DNA of 64,000 nucleotides from a virus (IMGVR_UViG_3300040801_002923:54482-118481); one strand, 5' to 3'; positions 37,613 to 47,508 are shown, counted from the stretch's first letter. A program made the numbers and translations. The notes: a model not told the origin generated them from the letters alone.

Positions 37613-38279
37613 ATTCCGATGCAAATTCTGTGGATCTGGCTTCGTTCGTGAAGACAGATACCTCAAACATCGCTGCAAAGCAATGGAGCGTGACGAAGAA
37701 ATTCGCACGCCCGTTGGGCAAGCAGCATGGGAGTACTATAAGCTTTGGATGACCCTTCAGCGTCGCCAACCACCGACGATCCAGACCTTTCTTGATTCGC
37801 GCTTCTACACGTACATGATTAAGTTCGCTAAGTTTGTGAACAAGGTTGGTATTCCAGACGCGAAACTGTACATCAAGTACATGATTAGGCAGCAGACGCC
37901 GCCTATGCTGTGGACAAACGATGAGATCTACAGTGAGTATTTGCAATACTTGGATCGCGGTAGGGATCCAATGGGGCAGGTACAATACACTATCGACTTC
38001 TTATTCAAGGTAGCTGATGCAATTGAGTGTGACGTAGGCGACATATTCGATCACCTAGATCCCGACGAAGTGATCATGATGCTACGCCGCCGACAACTAA
38101 CTCCTTGGATTCTGTTGCATTCTCAGAAGTTCCGACAGTTTACTCAAGATAAGATGTCGACCGATCAGAAGATGGTGTTCAAAACTGTCGTCAAGCCTGA
38201 AACATGGGTAAAGCGCAGAAAGGACAATCCTGAGCTCGTTGCTCAAATGAAAGAAATCGTCCGTGAACTGAACTTGTAA
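37599..38279 (+). CDS. Hypothetical protein with N-terminal C2HC zinc finger
   Basis: FRCKFCGSGF.RE....KH.C. Confidence 0.7.
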   Translation: MAKYKFRCKFCGSGFVREDRYLKHRCKAMERDEEIRTPVGQAAWEYYKLWMTLQRRQPPTIQTFLDSRFYTYMIKFAKFVNKVGIPDAKLYIKYMIRQQTPPMLWTNDEIYSEYLQYLDRGRDPMGQVQYTIDFLFKVADAIECDVGDIFDHLDPDEVIMMLRRRQLTPWILLHSQKFRQFTQDKMSTDQKMVFKTVVKPETWVKRRKDNPELVAQMKEIVRELNL

Positions 38280-38314
38280 GTCCGCCTAAATACGGCACAA
38301 GTTTTCACGGATGG
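38257..38314 (+). promoter_or_regulatory. Late promoter in the loop of a long RBS-occluding hairpin
   Basis: TCCGTGAA/TTCACGGA, AACTTGT/ACAAGTT and GCC/GGC stems enclosing TAAATA at 38287-92. Confidence 0.7.
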
Positions 38315-38317
38315 AAG

Positions 38318-39622
38318 ATGTCAGATACATACTACCTCTATTACGCCGACGGCGCGTTTGCGGGAGCTGTCGAGCCGGGCACCACAGTTACTCTCAATGA
38401 TTTGAAGCTAGATGGGTTTCAGAAACCCATCTATGGCGAACGACGTAACAACAACCTGATTAAACTCCTCACACACTTTGCTAGTGAGGAAGATCCGTCC
38501 AATCCCGGAAACCCACCTCCAGAAGTGATCGCAGCTCCTCGTCCAGGCCAGCTGTGGTTCAACCGAACGCCAAACCCACCTTCTTACCCCAATGGACAGC
38601 TGTTACTGTTCGATGGTAGCGTTAACCAGTGGGTAGAAATTGGGACCGACATTTATTCGATCGATGCTGTTGGCACATCTGGTACTGTGACAATCAACAA
38701 GATTGCGGCTTCAGAACCACCTACAGAGATTACAAATATTGCGCCAAGAGACCTATTCGAAGCGCATGTAGTTGAAACCACAGATGTGCACACGTCTGGT
38801 CAAATTGAAGTAAATCCTGCAATCAACGGTCAAGAGGATGTGCAAAACGCTATTGCTGCTCTTGCTATCCCCACCCAACTTCACATCGACATGCTGACCG
38901 GTGCTCACGCTAGTGAGCACATCTCTATTGCTGGAATTCCAGGTCTAATTGCAACTGATACCAGAGCAGCGATTGACGAGCTTCAATCAGACATCAACAC
39001 CCTGAGCTCGACGGTTGGTGGGTCGGGCGCTTCGCTGATTGCCCACATCAACAGCGGCACCGACGCGCACGACGCAGAGGCAATATCCTTTGATAACGCA
39101 GTTACAGGATTTTCTGCAACAAACGTAGAAGCCGCGCTCGTCGAACTCAACAACAACGCCAACGTATCTTCGGCGAGTAACGTACTCGATAGTTTGCGTG
39201 TATTTCGGTCAACCAACCAGACGCTAAACAGTACCGCCGGAAACAAGGTGCTGTTCAACCAGCAAACGGTTGGGATTGGAACACTGGGTGCACAATATAA
39301 CACCATTACCGGCCGGTATACAGCAGCATATGATCAGATCATCAGGGTCCGCGTGACGCTGAGATTCCAAGGCATTCAAAATGAAAACTACTCTTTCGGA
39401 GAGATTCGCAGAAATGGGTCTGTGCAACGACGCGCTCAGATGTACGAGTGGTCAGAAAATACACCCCTAGCTGGCACAGTCGCATTCTCATGCTTGGTTG
39501 AACTGTCAGCTGGTCAATATATCGAAGTGTTTGCGGGGCGAAATAATCCAGGATCGCATAACTTAATCGGTGGTTCGTCTTCCACATACATGGAAATTGA
39601 TATTCTGAGGGATCTATCATGA
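38318..39622 (+). CDS. Short tail fibre with C1q-like head, paralog 1
   Basis: G....YGE..N.NL..LL.HFA...GQLWF anchor, AHDA.AI repeats, C1q-like C-terminus. Confidence 0.75.
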   Translation: MSDTYYLYYADGAFAGAVEPGTTVTLNDLKLDGFQKPIYGERRNNNLIKLLTHFASEEDPSNPGNPPPEVIAAPRPGQLWFNRTPNPPSYPNGQLLLFDGSVNQWVEIGTDIYSIDAVGTSGTVTINKIAASEPPTEITNIAPRDLFEAHVVETTDVHTSGQIEVNPAINGQEDVQNAIAALAIPTQLHIDMLTGAHASEHISIAGIPGLIATDTRAAIDELQSDINTLSSTVGGSGASLIAHINSGTDAHDAEAISFDNAVTGFSATNVEAALVELNNNANVSSASNVLDSLRVFRSTNQTLNSTAGNKVLFNQQTVGIGTLGAQYNTITGRYTAAYDQIIRVRVTLRFQGIQNENYSFGEIRRNGSVQRRAQMYEWSENTPLAGTVAFSCLVELSAGQYIEVFAGRNNPGSHNLIGGSSSTYMEIDILRDLS

Positions 39623-40974
39623 GCGACAGATATCTACTAACGTTCGCTGATGGCCAGTTTATCGGTTTTGTTGAACCAAACGATAGGCTCAACGTTGGTG
39701 GGTTGGTTATTACAGGTCGTGGTGACAGTCCGTATGGCGATCACCGTAACGAAAACCTACTACACCTACTTGAGAACTTTGCTAGTGACGAAGTTGCTCC
39801 GGATACCCCCGACTCAACTATTATCGGCATCCCTGTCGTAGGTCAAACGTGGTTCAACAAAGCAACCAACAGCCTGCTGGTATTTAACGGCGTAGAATGG
39901 ACTAACGTATCAATCGATCGACACGTTACTACTTCTGACGATACGCGCTTGGTGTCGGACGGTATCATTGAACTGGAACGCAATCTGCCGGTAACAGGTC
40001 TACCGGATCTGGTGATCGAGAACATTTTGCATAACACAGAGCCAGGATTACCGATACCGCTGGGTCCTGGTGGCTTCCAGCAACATCTGGTCCAAAATCC
40101 TGCACACGCAGGGACATCAGTTTCATTCATCCCTATATCAGTCAATCCTCCGGCTGTCCTTATATCAGCAACCAACGCACAAGATGCGCTGGTACAAACC
40201 TACACGCTCATTAATGACCACATCAACAATACAGTTGCCGCACACGACGCCTCCGCAATAGGATATATCGGTGCTGTACCAGAACCCAATGTCCAGCTGG
40301 CTCTAGAAAATCTCGATACACAGCTAGACACTATCAGCGGCGACATTGGTGGGGGTAGTGGTGATCTTCAAGATCACATCGATGATCTGTCAGATGCGCA
40401 CGATGCGTCGGCTATTTCTCTCCCTGTGGGACTGGGCATTGCAGGTAACCCAACGAATGTCCAAGATGCTATCGAGATCATCAATACTATCGTTGGCGTA
40501 GGCACTTCAGGACTACTTGAAGTTACTCGAGCAACTGCGGCTGGGGGACAGGTAATTGGTGCATCTACCAAACTTAACTTCACCAACGTAGTACTTGGTA
40601 ACGCCTCCAATCAATTTTCAACCGCAACTAGCACATATACAGCAGCGTTTGATCAAGAAGTAAACATTACAGCGGCCTTATTGTACAACATTCCAAACAA
40701 CACTCTATCGTCAACATTATCTATTCGCGTTAACGGTGTTCAACGGGCCTCGTGGACTACGGCTAACAGTTCTAACACTGTTAGCCCGTCGTTGATCGAT
40801 GCTGACTTTGGCTTTGAGCTTCACCTTAAAACGATATTGTCTGCAGGTGATACAGTTGAGATCTTCGCGTCTGCTGATAACCCTTCAGTTGTCCAAGTAA
40901 CAGATAGAGCAGGTGCGCTCCTTGCAGGAGCCGGTACATCGGTTGAGTTCGATATTGTAAGAGATCTATCATAA
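39619..40974 (+). CDS. Short tail fibre with C1q-like head, paralog 2
   Basis: GRG...YG..RNENLLHLLENFA...GQTWF, AHDASAI repeats. Confidence 0.75.
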   Translation: MSDRYLLTFADGQFIGFVEPNDRLNVGGLVITGRGDSPYGDHRNENLLHLLENFASDEVAPDTPDSTIIGIPVVGQTWFNKATNSLLVFNGVEWTNVSIDRHVTTSDDTRLVSDGIIELERNLPVTGLPDLVIENILHNTEPGLPIPLGPGGFQQHLVQNPAHAGTSVSFIPISVNPPAVLISATNAQDALVQTYTLINDHINNTVAAHDASAIGYIGAVPEPNVQLALENLDTQLDTISGDIGGGSGDLQDHIDDLSDAHDASAISLPVGLGIAGNPTNVQDAIEIINTIVGVGTSGLLEVTRATAAGGQVIGASTKLNFTNVVLGNASNQFSTATSTYTAAFDQEVNITAALLYNIPNNTLSSTLSIRVNGVQRASWTTANSSNTVSPSLIDADFGFELHLKTILSAGDTVEIFASADNPSVVQVTDRAGALLAGAGTSVEFDIVRDLS

Positions 40975-42269
40975 TGGCTAATACGTACACAATTACATCT
41001 AGCGACGGTACGTTTGATTTTCTCGTCGATGAATCAACCGAGGTACAGCAGTACGGACTCACATTCACGGGGAGAGGCGTCACTAATTATGGTGCGAGCA
41101 GAAACCAAAACCTCCTACTACTGTTGGATAATTTTGCAAGTGCAAACACAAGTGAACCAGTGCCGTTGCTTGGTAGATTGTGGTATGACACCACCGATGA
41201 CACATTAAAATTATGCGACGATGGAGCTAATTTCAACACGTTCGGAGATGACATCTATCTGTTGGGCGTCACGCGAGGTATCTCTGGCAATACAGTCTTG
41301 CTTCCCCGAGCTAATGCTTCTGATATAAATCTGTCGCCGACGGCAAACATCGCGCAGCAGAATGAACTATTGGACCACTTTAACGGAACGGAGTCGCACA
41401 GGGCGGATGCGATTTCATTACCAGCAGGCCTTGGTATTCCAACGAACCCAACGAACGTGCAAGCCGCGCTGGCACAAATCGATCTGGTGCTTGATAATCA
41501 CTTAGCGCTAGTCAACAGTCGCCACACCGCGTCGGCAATTCGTGTTAACCCAGCGGTACTGAGTGAGAACAACGTACAAGACGCTCTCGAAGCGTTGAAT
41601 TCGCGGCGTCAAACGCTACAAGCCTCCGCCGGTGGGGGGTCGAGTGCGGTCACCGCTCACATCAACGACCCAACAGATGCGCACGATGCAACAGCCATAT
41701 CTTTCGACAATACTGGCGTTGTTCCACCAATGGCCAGTACAGATGTGCAAGACGCCATCGAGGAAATCAATACCAATATTGGAGCTCTACCAACAGCTGT
41801 TGGCTACGTAGACGTTGCACGGGCTTATGCGGTATCGAGCACCTCAATTACCCCAACCCCATCCACGTGGACGCCACTCAACACGAGTACGGTACTCTTT
41901 GGAGACGACTTCAACAACTTCAGTGGGGGTGTATACACCGCCGATCGCAACATGCTGGTTCGGATTCGGGGGTATGCCACATTTGAATTTGGAGCAACTA
42001 ACCCGTTTGCTTCACAGGAAGCGGGATTACGGATCACCGTGAACGGTAACATGGTTCGCCGTGGCAGCGAGCCCAGAAAGGGAAGTACGTCTGTGCTTCC
42101 TGTTCGCATATACGTCGAATGCTCCGTTGTTGCTGAGCTTGCAGCGTCCGATCAAGTGAGACTTGAAGCCACAACTCTAAAAACATCTGGTGTGGAACCG
42201 GAAGGATCTACTGTACTTGGTGGCTTCTCCAACAACTCACTTGAGATCGAAGTTCTAGCAGAGCTTTAA
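40974..42269 (+). CDS. Short tail fibre with C1q-like head, paralog 3
   Basis: GRG..NYG..RNQNLL.LLDNFA...GRLWYD, AHDATAI repeats. Confidence 0.75.
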   Translation: MANTYTITSSDGTFDFLVDESTEVQQYGLTFTGRGVTNYGASRNQNLLLLLDNFASANTSEPVPLLGRLWYDTTDDTLKLCDDGANFNTFGDDIYLLGVTRGISGNTVLLPRANASDINLSPTANIAQQNELLDHFNGTESHRADAISLPAGLGIPTNPTNVQAALAQIDLVLDNHLALVNSRHTASAIRVNPAVLSENNVQDALEALNSRRQTLQASAGGGSSAVTAHINDPTDAHDATAISFDNTGVVPPMASTDVQDAIEEINTNIGALPTAVGYVDVARAYAVSSTSITPTPSTWTPLNTSTVLFGDDFNNFSGGVYTADRNMLVRIRGYATFEFGATNPFASQEAGLRITVNGNMVRRGSEPRKGSTSVLPVRIYVECSVVAELAASDQVRLEATTLKTSGVEPEGSTVLGGFSNNSLEIEVLAEL

Positions 42270-42326
42270 GGACCCCTAGAGCACCACGAGTAAATACGCC
42301 GCACGTATTGAGGAAAAATGCGCTAA

Positions 42327-44600
42327 ATGGCAAATCCAGAAGACTACATCATCAGATTTACGGATCCTGTTCGTAGTGACGGTCAAGTTGTAAGCTCTAC
42401 CGAAGCACCTACGTTTATCATTCGTCCGTTTACAGTAGATGGTCCACAACACCCAACGCTTAATCAGGTGTTTTCGGATCCCGAGACAGGCACCGGTGTT
42501 AGTAAGCGATCTCCTGTTGTACTGTACGGTAAAGGTATCCCTCAGTACGGCGAACAGATGGCAAACAACTGGTTGCAATCTGTTGAAAACTTTGCTGGAT
42601 CTACTCCTCCTTTGGGATCTGCAGCTATCCCCGGCGTGGCGTGGTTCCAAGACGAGCGGTATTGGTTCAATACCGCTCTAGGCACGTTGTTTGTGTGGTC
42701 TGATGCCACTGACGAATGGCTGCCTCAAGCGGTTACCGTTCAAGGACCTGTACCAACCGCAGCAGGAACTGTTGGCGACTATATCTACGCAACAGACACG
42801 GGGGAACTTTTCCTCTACTACGAGTGGACAGATTACACCCCTGCGTTCGGTGGGTGGATTCAGCGTCTCGTTCGACAAGAGATCGTTGATGCGCCTAACC
42901 CTGTAGTAAATCCAGCGGATTTGCCGCGACGTACGCTAAGTGTATACGATCCGACTGTTGGTACCGAAGGGTTCAACAAACTGCTATCGTATCGTGGTAA
43001 CGACGCGGGCGATCCGGTTCTTGGAGATCTGCACGTCGGCGGCGAGGGGTTCTTCGCTGGAACGGTTACCGCAGCTGCGCCAACACTCGATACGCACTTA
43101 GCCACAAAGCAATATGTTGATGGTGAAATTAGCATTGCGATTGGCGGCAACAATCAACTTCACGAGCTGCTCGATGTTGATACAGGAATCAACGCATTAT
43201 CTACGCCACCGGCCGATGGTGATGCCTTTTTCTTCGACACCAGTCTTGGAGGTACATTCGGAGGTGAGGCGTATCCCGGTAGGTGGACGGCCCGCGGAAT
43301 CGTATCTGCAGACATTGGCGATCTAACAGCGACAATCAATGCGGGTATCGGTGGAGCCTCTCTGACCGACTTGGCAAACGTAGACGTCCCCGCACCGAGC
43401 AATGACCAGATTCTCAGCTTCAATAACGTTTCAGGCAGCTGGGAAGCGCGCAACGAGCGTTTTGTACTGGGTACAGCCGAAGCAACGTCATATACAGTTA
43501 CGAGTAACGAAATCACGCTAAATCGAAACGACGGTAGCACAGTTGTTATCGGTGATGTTTCAGCAGCTAGCGATCTTAGCGCCCACATTGGTGCAACTAT
43601 CGCCCACGATGATACTCAGATTGATTGGACAGGTGGTGCTCTGCCTAATGCAGCCAGCACACCTAACAACATTCAGGAAGCGGTTATAGCAGTTGACGCA
43701 GCTCTTGCTTCTGCTGGCGCTATTGGATACACCTCTCTGGGCGGTGGTGGAACAAATGGTAGCGGCTCAGCCGATTCATCCACGGGACTCGGTTCCATTC
43801 AATTTGTTTCTAACACAGCAGCTATTGGCATTACTGTAGCCAACGGTTCGCCAGTCGACACAGTAACATTCACTTTCAGTGATGCAGGAATCAACCATGA
43901 CGCCCTTTTGAACTTTGTCGCAAACGAACATATTGATCACGCATCGGTTAATATCAACTCCGGTGCAGGTCTAACGGGTGGTGGCAACATCACAACGTCC
44001 CGAACGCTGTCCCTCGACACGAGTAACTCTAGAAACGTTGACCACAACGCAGTCAGCATTAATGCCGGTACGGGGTTGACTGGTGGTGGCACAATTGCTT
44101 CGTCCCGAACAATCAACCTGACCAACACCGGTGTAGCAGCAGGGTCATATACAAACCCCAACATTACCGTCGACGCACAGGGGCGAATTACGTCTGCAGC
44201 AAATGGATCGGGTGGATCTGGTGTTACGGAATCAGGCACTTCAGCTGCGTTCACACCAAACGGTGGCACAAATATTGGGATTGTGAATCCTTTGAGTGGA
44301 CCACCCGATATGTTCCAATGCGTACTGGTTTGCCAGAGTCCTGACCAAGGATATGCAGCTGGGGACATCATTGTGTTGAATCCCCAAGGTGTAGATTTCG
44401 ATGAAGCGGGCGGCCAATCGACATATGGTGGTAAAGTTGCTTATGACTCCAGCTCGGACCAATTCCGTGTAAGCTTCTACTCGCACACAGTTGCTCCTGG
44501 TCTTGCTATTCTTGTGCAACCATTTGCGACAGCAACTTCTGCAATGGCCACAATCGTATCAGCAAACTGGCAAGGCTTCATTAAGGCGATAAGGTTTTAA
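42327..44600 (+). CDS. Tail fibre protein
   Basis: Same anchor motif (GKG..QYGE..ANN.L..VENFA), ATKQYVD, GAGLTGGG repeats, AGSYTNPNITVDAQGRIT.A. Confidence 0.8.
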   Translation: MANPEDYIIRFTDPVRSDGQVVSSTEAPTFIIRPFTVDGPQHPTLNQVFSDPETGTGVSKRSPVVLYGKGIPQYGEQMANNWLQSVENFAGSTPPLGSAAIPGVAWFQDERYWFNTALGTLFVWSDATDEWLPQAVTVQGPVPTAAGTVGDYIYATDTGELFLYYEWTDYTPAFGGWIQRLVRQEIVDAPNPVVNPADLPRRTLSVYDPTVGTEGFNKLLSYRGNDAGDPVLGDLHVGGEGFFAGTVTAAAPTLDTHLATKQYVDGEISIAIGGNNQLHELLDVDTGINALSTPPADGDAFFFDTSLGGTFGGEAYPGRWTARGIVSADIGDLTATINAGIGGASLTDLANVDVPAPSNDQILSFNNVSGSWEARNERFVLGTAEATSYTVTSNEITLNRNDGSTVVIGDVSAASDLSAHIGATIAHDDTQIDWTGGALPNAASTPNNIQEAVIAVDAALASAGAIGYTSLGGGGTNGSGSADSSTGLGSIQFVSNTAAIGITVANGSPVDTVTFTFSDAGINHDALLNFVANEHIDHASVNINSGAGLTGGGNITTSRTLSLDTSNSRNVDHNAVSINAGTGLTGGGTIASSRTINLTNTGVAAGSYTNPNITVDAQGRITSAANGSGGSGVTESGTSAAFTPNGGTNIGIVNPLSGPPDMFQCVLVCQSPDQGYAAGDIIVLNPQGVDFDEAGGQSTYGGKVAYDSSSDQFRVSFYSHTVAPGLAILVQPFATATSAMATIVSANWQGFIKAIRF

Positions 44601-44601
44601 C

Positions 44602-45141
44602 ATGAATACACTAGCAGCACTTGAACACCTCGGCTTTGTAAATGGTACCGATTTCACTGTTTCTTTCGACGGCACTCTTACGTGGCTGTCCGCTAGCTCA
44701 CAGCCTACCGAACAGGAGATTGTTGATGCGTGGGACCAGATACAGATTGACGTATCGGGACAGGAGTTTGCTCTCAAACAAGCGCTATGTCTGCACGACA
44801 TTGACACGCTGGCTGAGCAGAAGCGACTAACCTATATCTCAGCTGGTAACGGACAAGTTCTCGTTTATGAAAAAAAGGAACAACAAGCGCAGGCATTCAA
44901 AGATGGTGGGTATGCTAATCCAGAAAATTATCCTTTTGTGCAGAAAGAAGCGGCTGCCGTGGGGTTAACACCAACCGAAATGGCTGACCTGATTCTTCTC
45001 AGAGCAAGTGAATGGGAAAATGTGGGATCGTCCATTGAAGCACTGCGCCGCGCTGCTAAAATTGCCGTCGAAGCAGCGATCAATACTCCAGAAATCGAAG
45101 GAATCATGACGCAATACCAAACGGATCTTGACGCGATCTAA
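44602..45141 (+). CDS. Tail fibre assembly chaperone-like protein
   Basis: W....QPT..EI N-terminus; Q...YE.K..QA, IEALRR.AK..V..A; follows a fibre gene. Confidence 0.7.
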   Translation: MNTLAALEHLGFVNGTDFTVSFDGTLTWLSASSQPTEQEIVDAWDQIQIDVSGQEFALKQALCLHDIDTLAEQKRLTYISAGNGQVLVYEKKEQQAQAFKDGGYANPENYPFVQKEAAAVGLTPTEMADLILLRASEWENVGSSIEALRRAAKIAVEAAINTPEIEGIMTQYQTDLDAI

Positions 45142-45156
45142 TCGCCCTGGTATAAT
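45128..45156 (+). promoter_or_regulatory. Sigma70 promoter giving a probable leaderless mRNA
   Basis: TTGACG-17 nt-TATAAT with TG extension; the A of ATG 45163 lies 7 nt after the -10 box; no SD. Confidence 0.75.
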
Positions 45157-45162
45157 GTCGGT

Positions 45163-45738
45163 ATGGATATTGACATTGACTTTCCTTCCGACTTTGACCC
45201 ACTTACCATCTTCGATGCTACCAGAGCGTCGATGGTTAAGAACGGCAACTTGGTCAAGCATCCGGTTGGTATCTATTTTCAGAATATTCCAACCGACTCG
45301 CTAACGGGATTAGCCGCGATTCCGCATAAAGAAGCTCAGGATCTTGGATATCTGAAGATTGACTTTCTGCACTTGACTATCCTGGACAACTTCAACAACA
45401 AAGAAGAAATTCGGCAGTTGATGAAGATTCCTCCCGATTGGTCTTTACTGCAAGATCCAGAGGTAGTGCCCAAGTTGTTTCAGCTTGGTAGACAAGGTCA
45501 GCTCCTGGCTAAAACCAAACCCCAATCGATTCAGGAGCTAGCTGAAACGATCGCTCTAATCCGCCCCGGAAAACGTGAACTCGTGCCAGCCTATCTCAAA
45601 GACCCGGACGCTGTGCGCCCGTACCTGTACACTAAACCTGAGAACGGAAAGCAGTATTACAAGAAGTCGCATGCAATTGCTTATGCATTGACGATTGTTC
45701 TTCAGTTACACCTCATCAAAGGTGGGATCATCCCATAA
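45163..45738 (+). CDS. DNA polymerase III alpha (DnaE)-like catalytic fragment
   Basis: MDIDIDF, KHPVGIY, GYLKIDFLHL, LFQL, KPQSIQELA..IALIRPG, KKSHAIAYA. Confidence 0.9.
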   Translation: MDIDIDFPSDFDPLTIFDATRASMVKNGNLVKHPVGIYFQNIPTDSLTGLAAIPHKEAQDLGYLKIDFLHLTILDNFNNKEEIRQLMKIPPDWSLLQDPEVVPKLFQLGRQGQLLAKTKPQSIQELAETIALIRPGKRELVPAYLKDPDAVRPYLYTKPENGKQYYKKSHAIAYALTIVLQLHLIKGGIIP

Positions 45739-45746
45739 ATAGTTGC

Positions 45747-46097
45747 ATGAGAATCTTCGAAGACCGCACAGCAGCCATACTATCGCCCACACTTCATCAG
45801 AAGATAGTGTTGGCTAAAATTCACGTTTCTGCAAACCCCGAGGTCGCGGGACGCGCAATTTCTGCTGACGGCAAATTAGTCGCCGCGCGTGACATTCTAG
45901 CTCGGTTAGGGATGATTGAGTATTCCGACAAAGGCGCTCGATTGACTGCTCAGGGTGAGGAGCTTATGGCAAACGTAAGTCCGCCTCTTATTGACGAAAC
46001 AGGTTCTTTGACTCCCGAAGGCGAAAAGCTAGCTAAAGATGGGACGCAACAAACGGAAAGTATTTTCCGATCTATAGCTCGACAGTTGCGTTCTTAA
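45747..46097 (+). CDS. Hypothetical late protein
   Basis: TAAATA 5 nt before ATG; LT..GE.L occurs twice. Confidence 0.65.
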   Translation: MRIFEDRTAAILSPTLHQKIVLAKIHVSANPEVAGRAISADGKLVAARDILARLGMIEYSDKGARLTAQGEELMANVSPPLIDETGSLTPEGEKLAKDGTQQTESIFRSIARQLRS

Positions 46098-46530
46098 TGA
46101 TTTGAACCCCCGCGGGTACAGGTTTGCGGCGACGACGCTTAACGCTGCGGACCTTCTCCATGTCAAACATCGGTAACGGTCCTATTACGCGCGTGACGAA
46201 CTCTGTGTTCATCGTGCGATAGACGGGCGCTAGCTGTCCACCCAGCCCAGCTCTTGCAAACGCCATTGACACGGGGATCGTGCCGTAATCAGGCTCTTTG
46301 AACCACTCATGAGCGGCAGTAATTAGAAGTTCTTCGCTAACCCCCGTTGGACTGCACAGGTCAAGTACGTACGCCCTAATTTGCTTGTCGTCAGCATTGT
46401 CAATTACGGTTAGAGAGTGCTCTTTTCGATACTGAACAAGTGTGATGAATGGATAGCCTGAATAGGTGTCCGGATGCGGTTCGACGATCAGTGGATATGG
46501 ATTGCCGCGCTTCGATCTCTTTCTAGTCAT
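46072..46530 (-). CDS. Hypothetical protein
   Basis: 152 aa; YPFITL...DN...I..YVLD...EW; basic C-terminus. Confidence 0.65.
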   Translation of the reverse strand: MTRKRSKRGNPYPLIVEPHPDTYSGYPFITLVQYRKEHSLTVIDNADDKQIRAYVLDLCSPTGVSEELLITAAHEWFKEPDYGTIPVSMAFARAGLGGQLAPVYRTMNTEFVTRVIGPLPMFDMEKVRSVKRRRRKPVPAGVQIIKNATVEL

Positions 46531-46579
46531 GTATCTCTCTGTCCGACTTGATAAATAGAGTTAGTTACGGGGTGTATAT

Positions 46580-46924
46580 ATGAGCAAGACACAAGGACTA
46601 TCCTTTGGTGAATTCCTCTCTCTTGAAGAGGGATCGAACAACTACTGCGATTCAATCAAAGACCCAAAATTACGCAAGCAGTGCAAGAAGATGTTTAGCA
46701 AAACAGCTCGTAACGTGACGTACGGGGGTTACTTTGGCCGTGGAAAATCAAACGGCCAGCACCACGGTGCTGGAACCGGTCCTGGACCAGGTACAGGTGG
46801 TGGACACGGACCGGGAGATGGTTCCGGTGGAGGAGCGTACGGTGGTTCTGCTGGTGCCGGTGGCGCAGCAGGTTCAGGATCTGGTAGCGGGGGAGCAGGT
46901 GCAGGCACAGGTGGAGGCGCGTAA
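46580..46924 (+). CDS. Gly-rich late protein
   Basis: TAAATA at 46552; C-terminal half is G/A/S/T low complexity. Confidence 0.6.
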   Translation: MSKTQGLSFGEFLSLEEGSNNYCDSIKDPKLRKQCKKMFSKTARNVTYGGYFGRGKSNGQHHGAGTGPGPGTGGGHGPGDGSGGGAYGGSAGAGGAAGSGSGSGGAGAGTGGGA

Positions 46925-46932
46925 ATATGTCT

Positions 46933-47508
46933 ATGTTAGATGAAGTGCTACAGGAAATGACAACATCAGGTCGCATCCCTTTGGTATGGGAAAAGCGACT
47001 GCCCTATGTAGCTCAAAAGCGCCTCAAGGGGTCTGTTGAGAACGAGGAAGAGGATGATGATCTTGAGTTCGATGATGAAGATCCGGCATCCGACATTGAT
47101 GATGAAGATCACGACTTCGAGTTCGACGACGAGGACGACGAAGACTTTGACGACGAAGACGATCTTGGTCTCGACGGCGATGATGATCTCGAAGACTTTG
47201 AAGTTGGCGACGACGACTTCTCGGAACTCGACGACGAACAAGATGACCCCGACCGTCAAGGCCTAATCCGAGTAGTTCCAAACGCGCATCTGGTGTACAA
47301 ACGGGCAGCCGAAGACGGGACGTTCGAAGAGCTTTGGATCTACAATACGGGCGACTCCTTTGAGCCTGAGCTCGAAACTCGCCGCGCGATCCTGGCTGGC
47401 ACGGACATCCCGATGAATAGTATGACATCTCAAGATGGCAACCAAGCCTATGTGCTATGGACAGCCGGCAACGCTCAGATGCTACATATTACAGGACTGC
47501 CTTCATAA
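46933..47508 (+). CDS. Highly acidic late protein
   Basis: About 70 aa Asp/Glu tract; TAAATA at 46922-27 favours ATG 46933 (alternative start 46927). Confidence 0.65.
   Translation: MLDEVLQEMTTSGRIPLVWEKRLPYVAQKRLKGSVENEEEDDDLEFDDEDPASDIDDEDHDFEFDDEDDEDFDDEDDLGLDGDDDLEDFEVGDDDFSELDDEQDDPDRQGLIRVVPNAHLVYKRAAEDGTFEELWIYNTGDSFEPELETRRAILAGTDIPMNSMTSQDGNQAYVLWTAGNAQMLHITGLPS

Noticed and set aside
32400-45200. Split intein or intron joining the DnaE halves
   Set aside because: No Cys/Ser-start or HN-end intein blocks on either half, no intron-like noncoding sequence, and each half has its own start and stop
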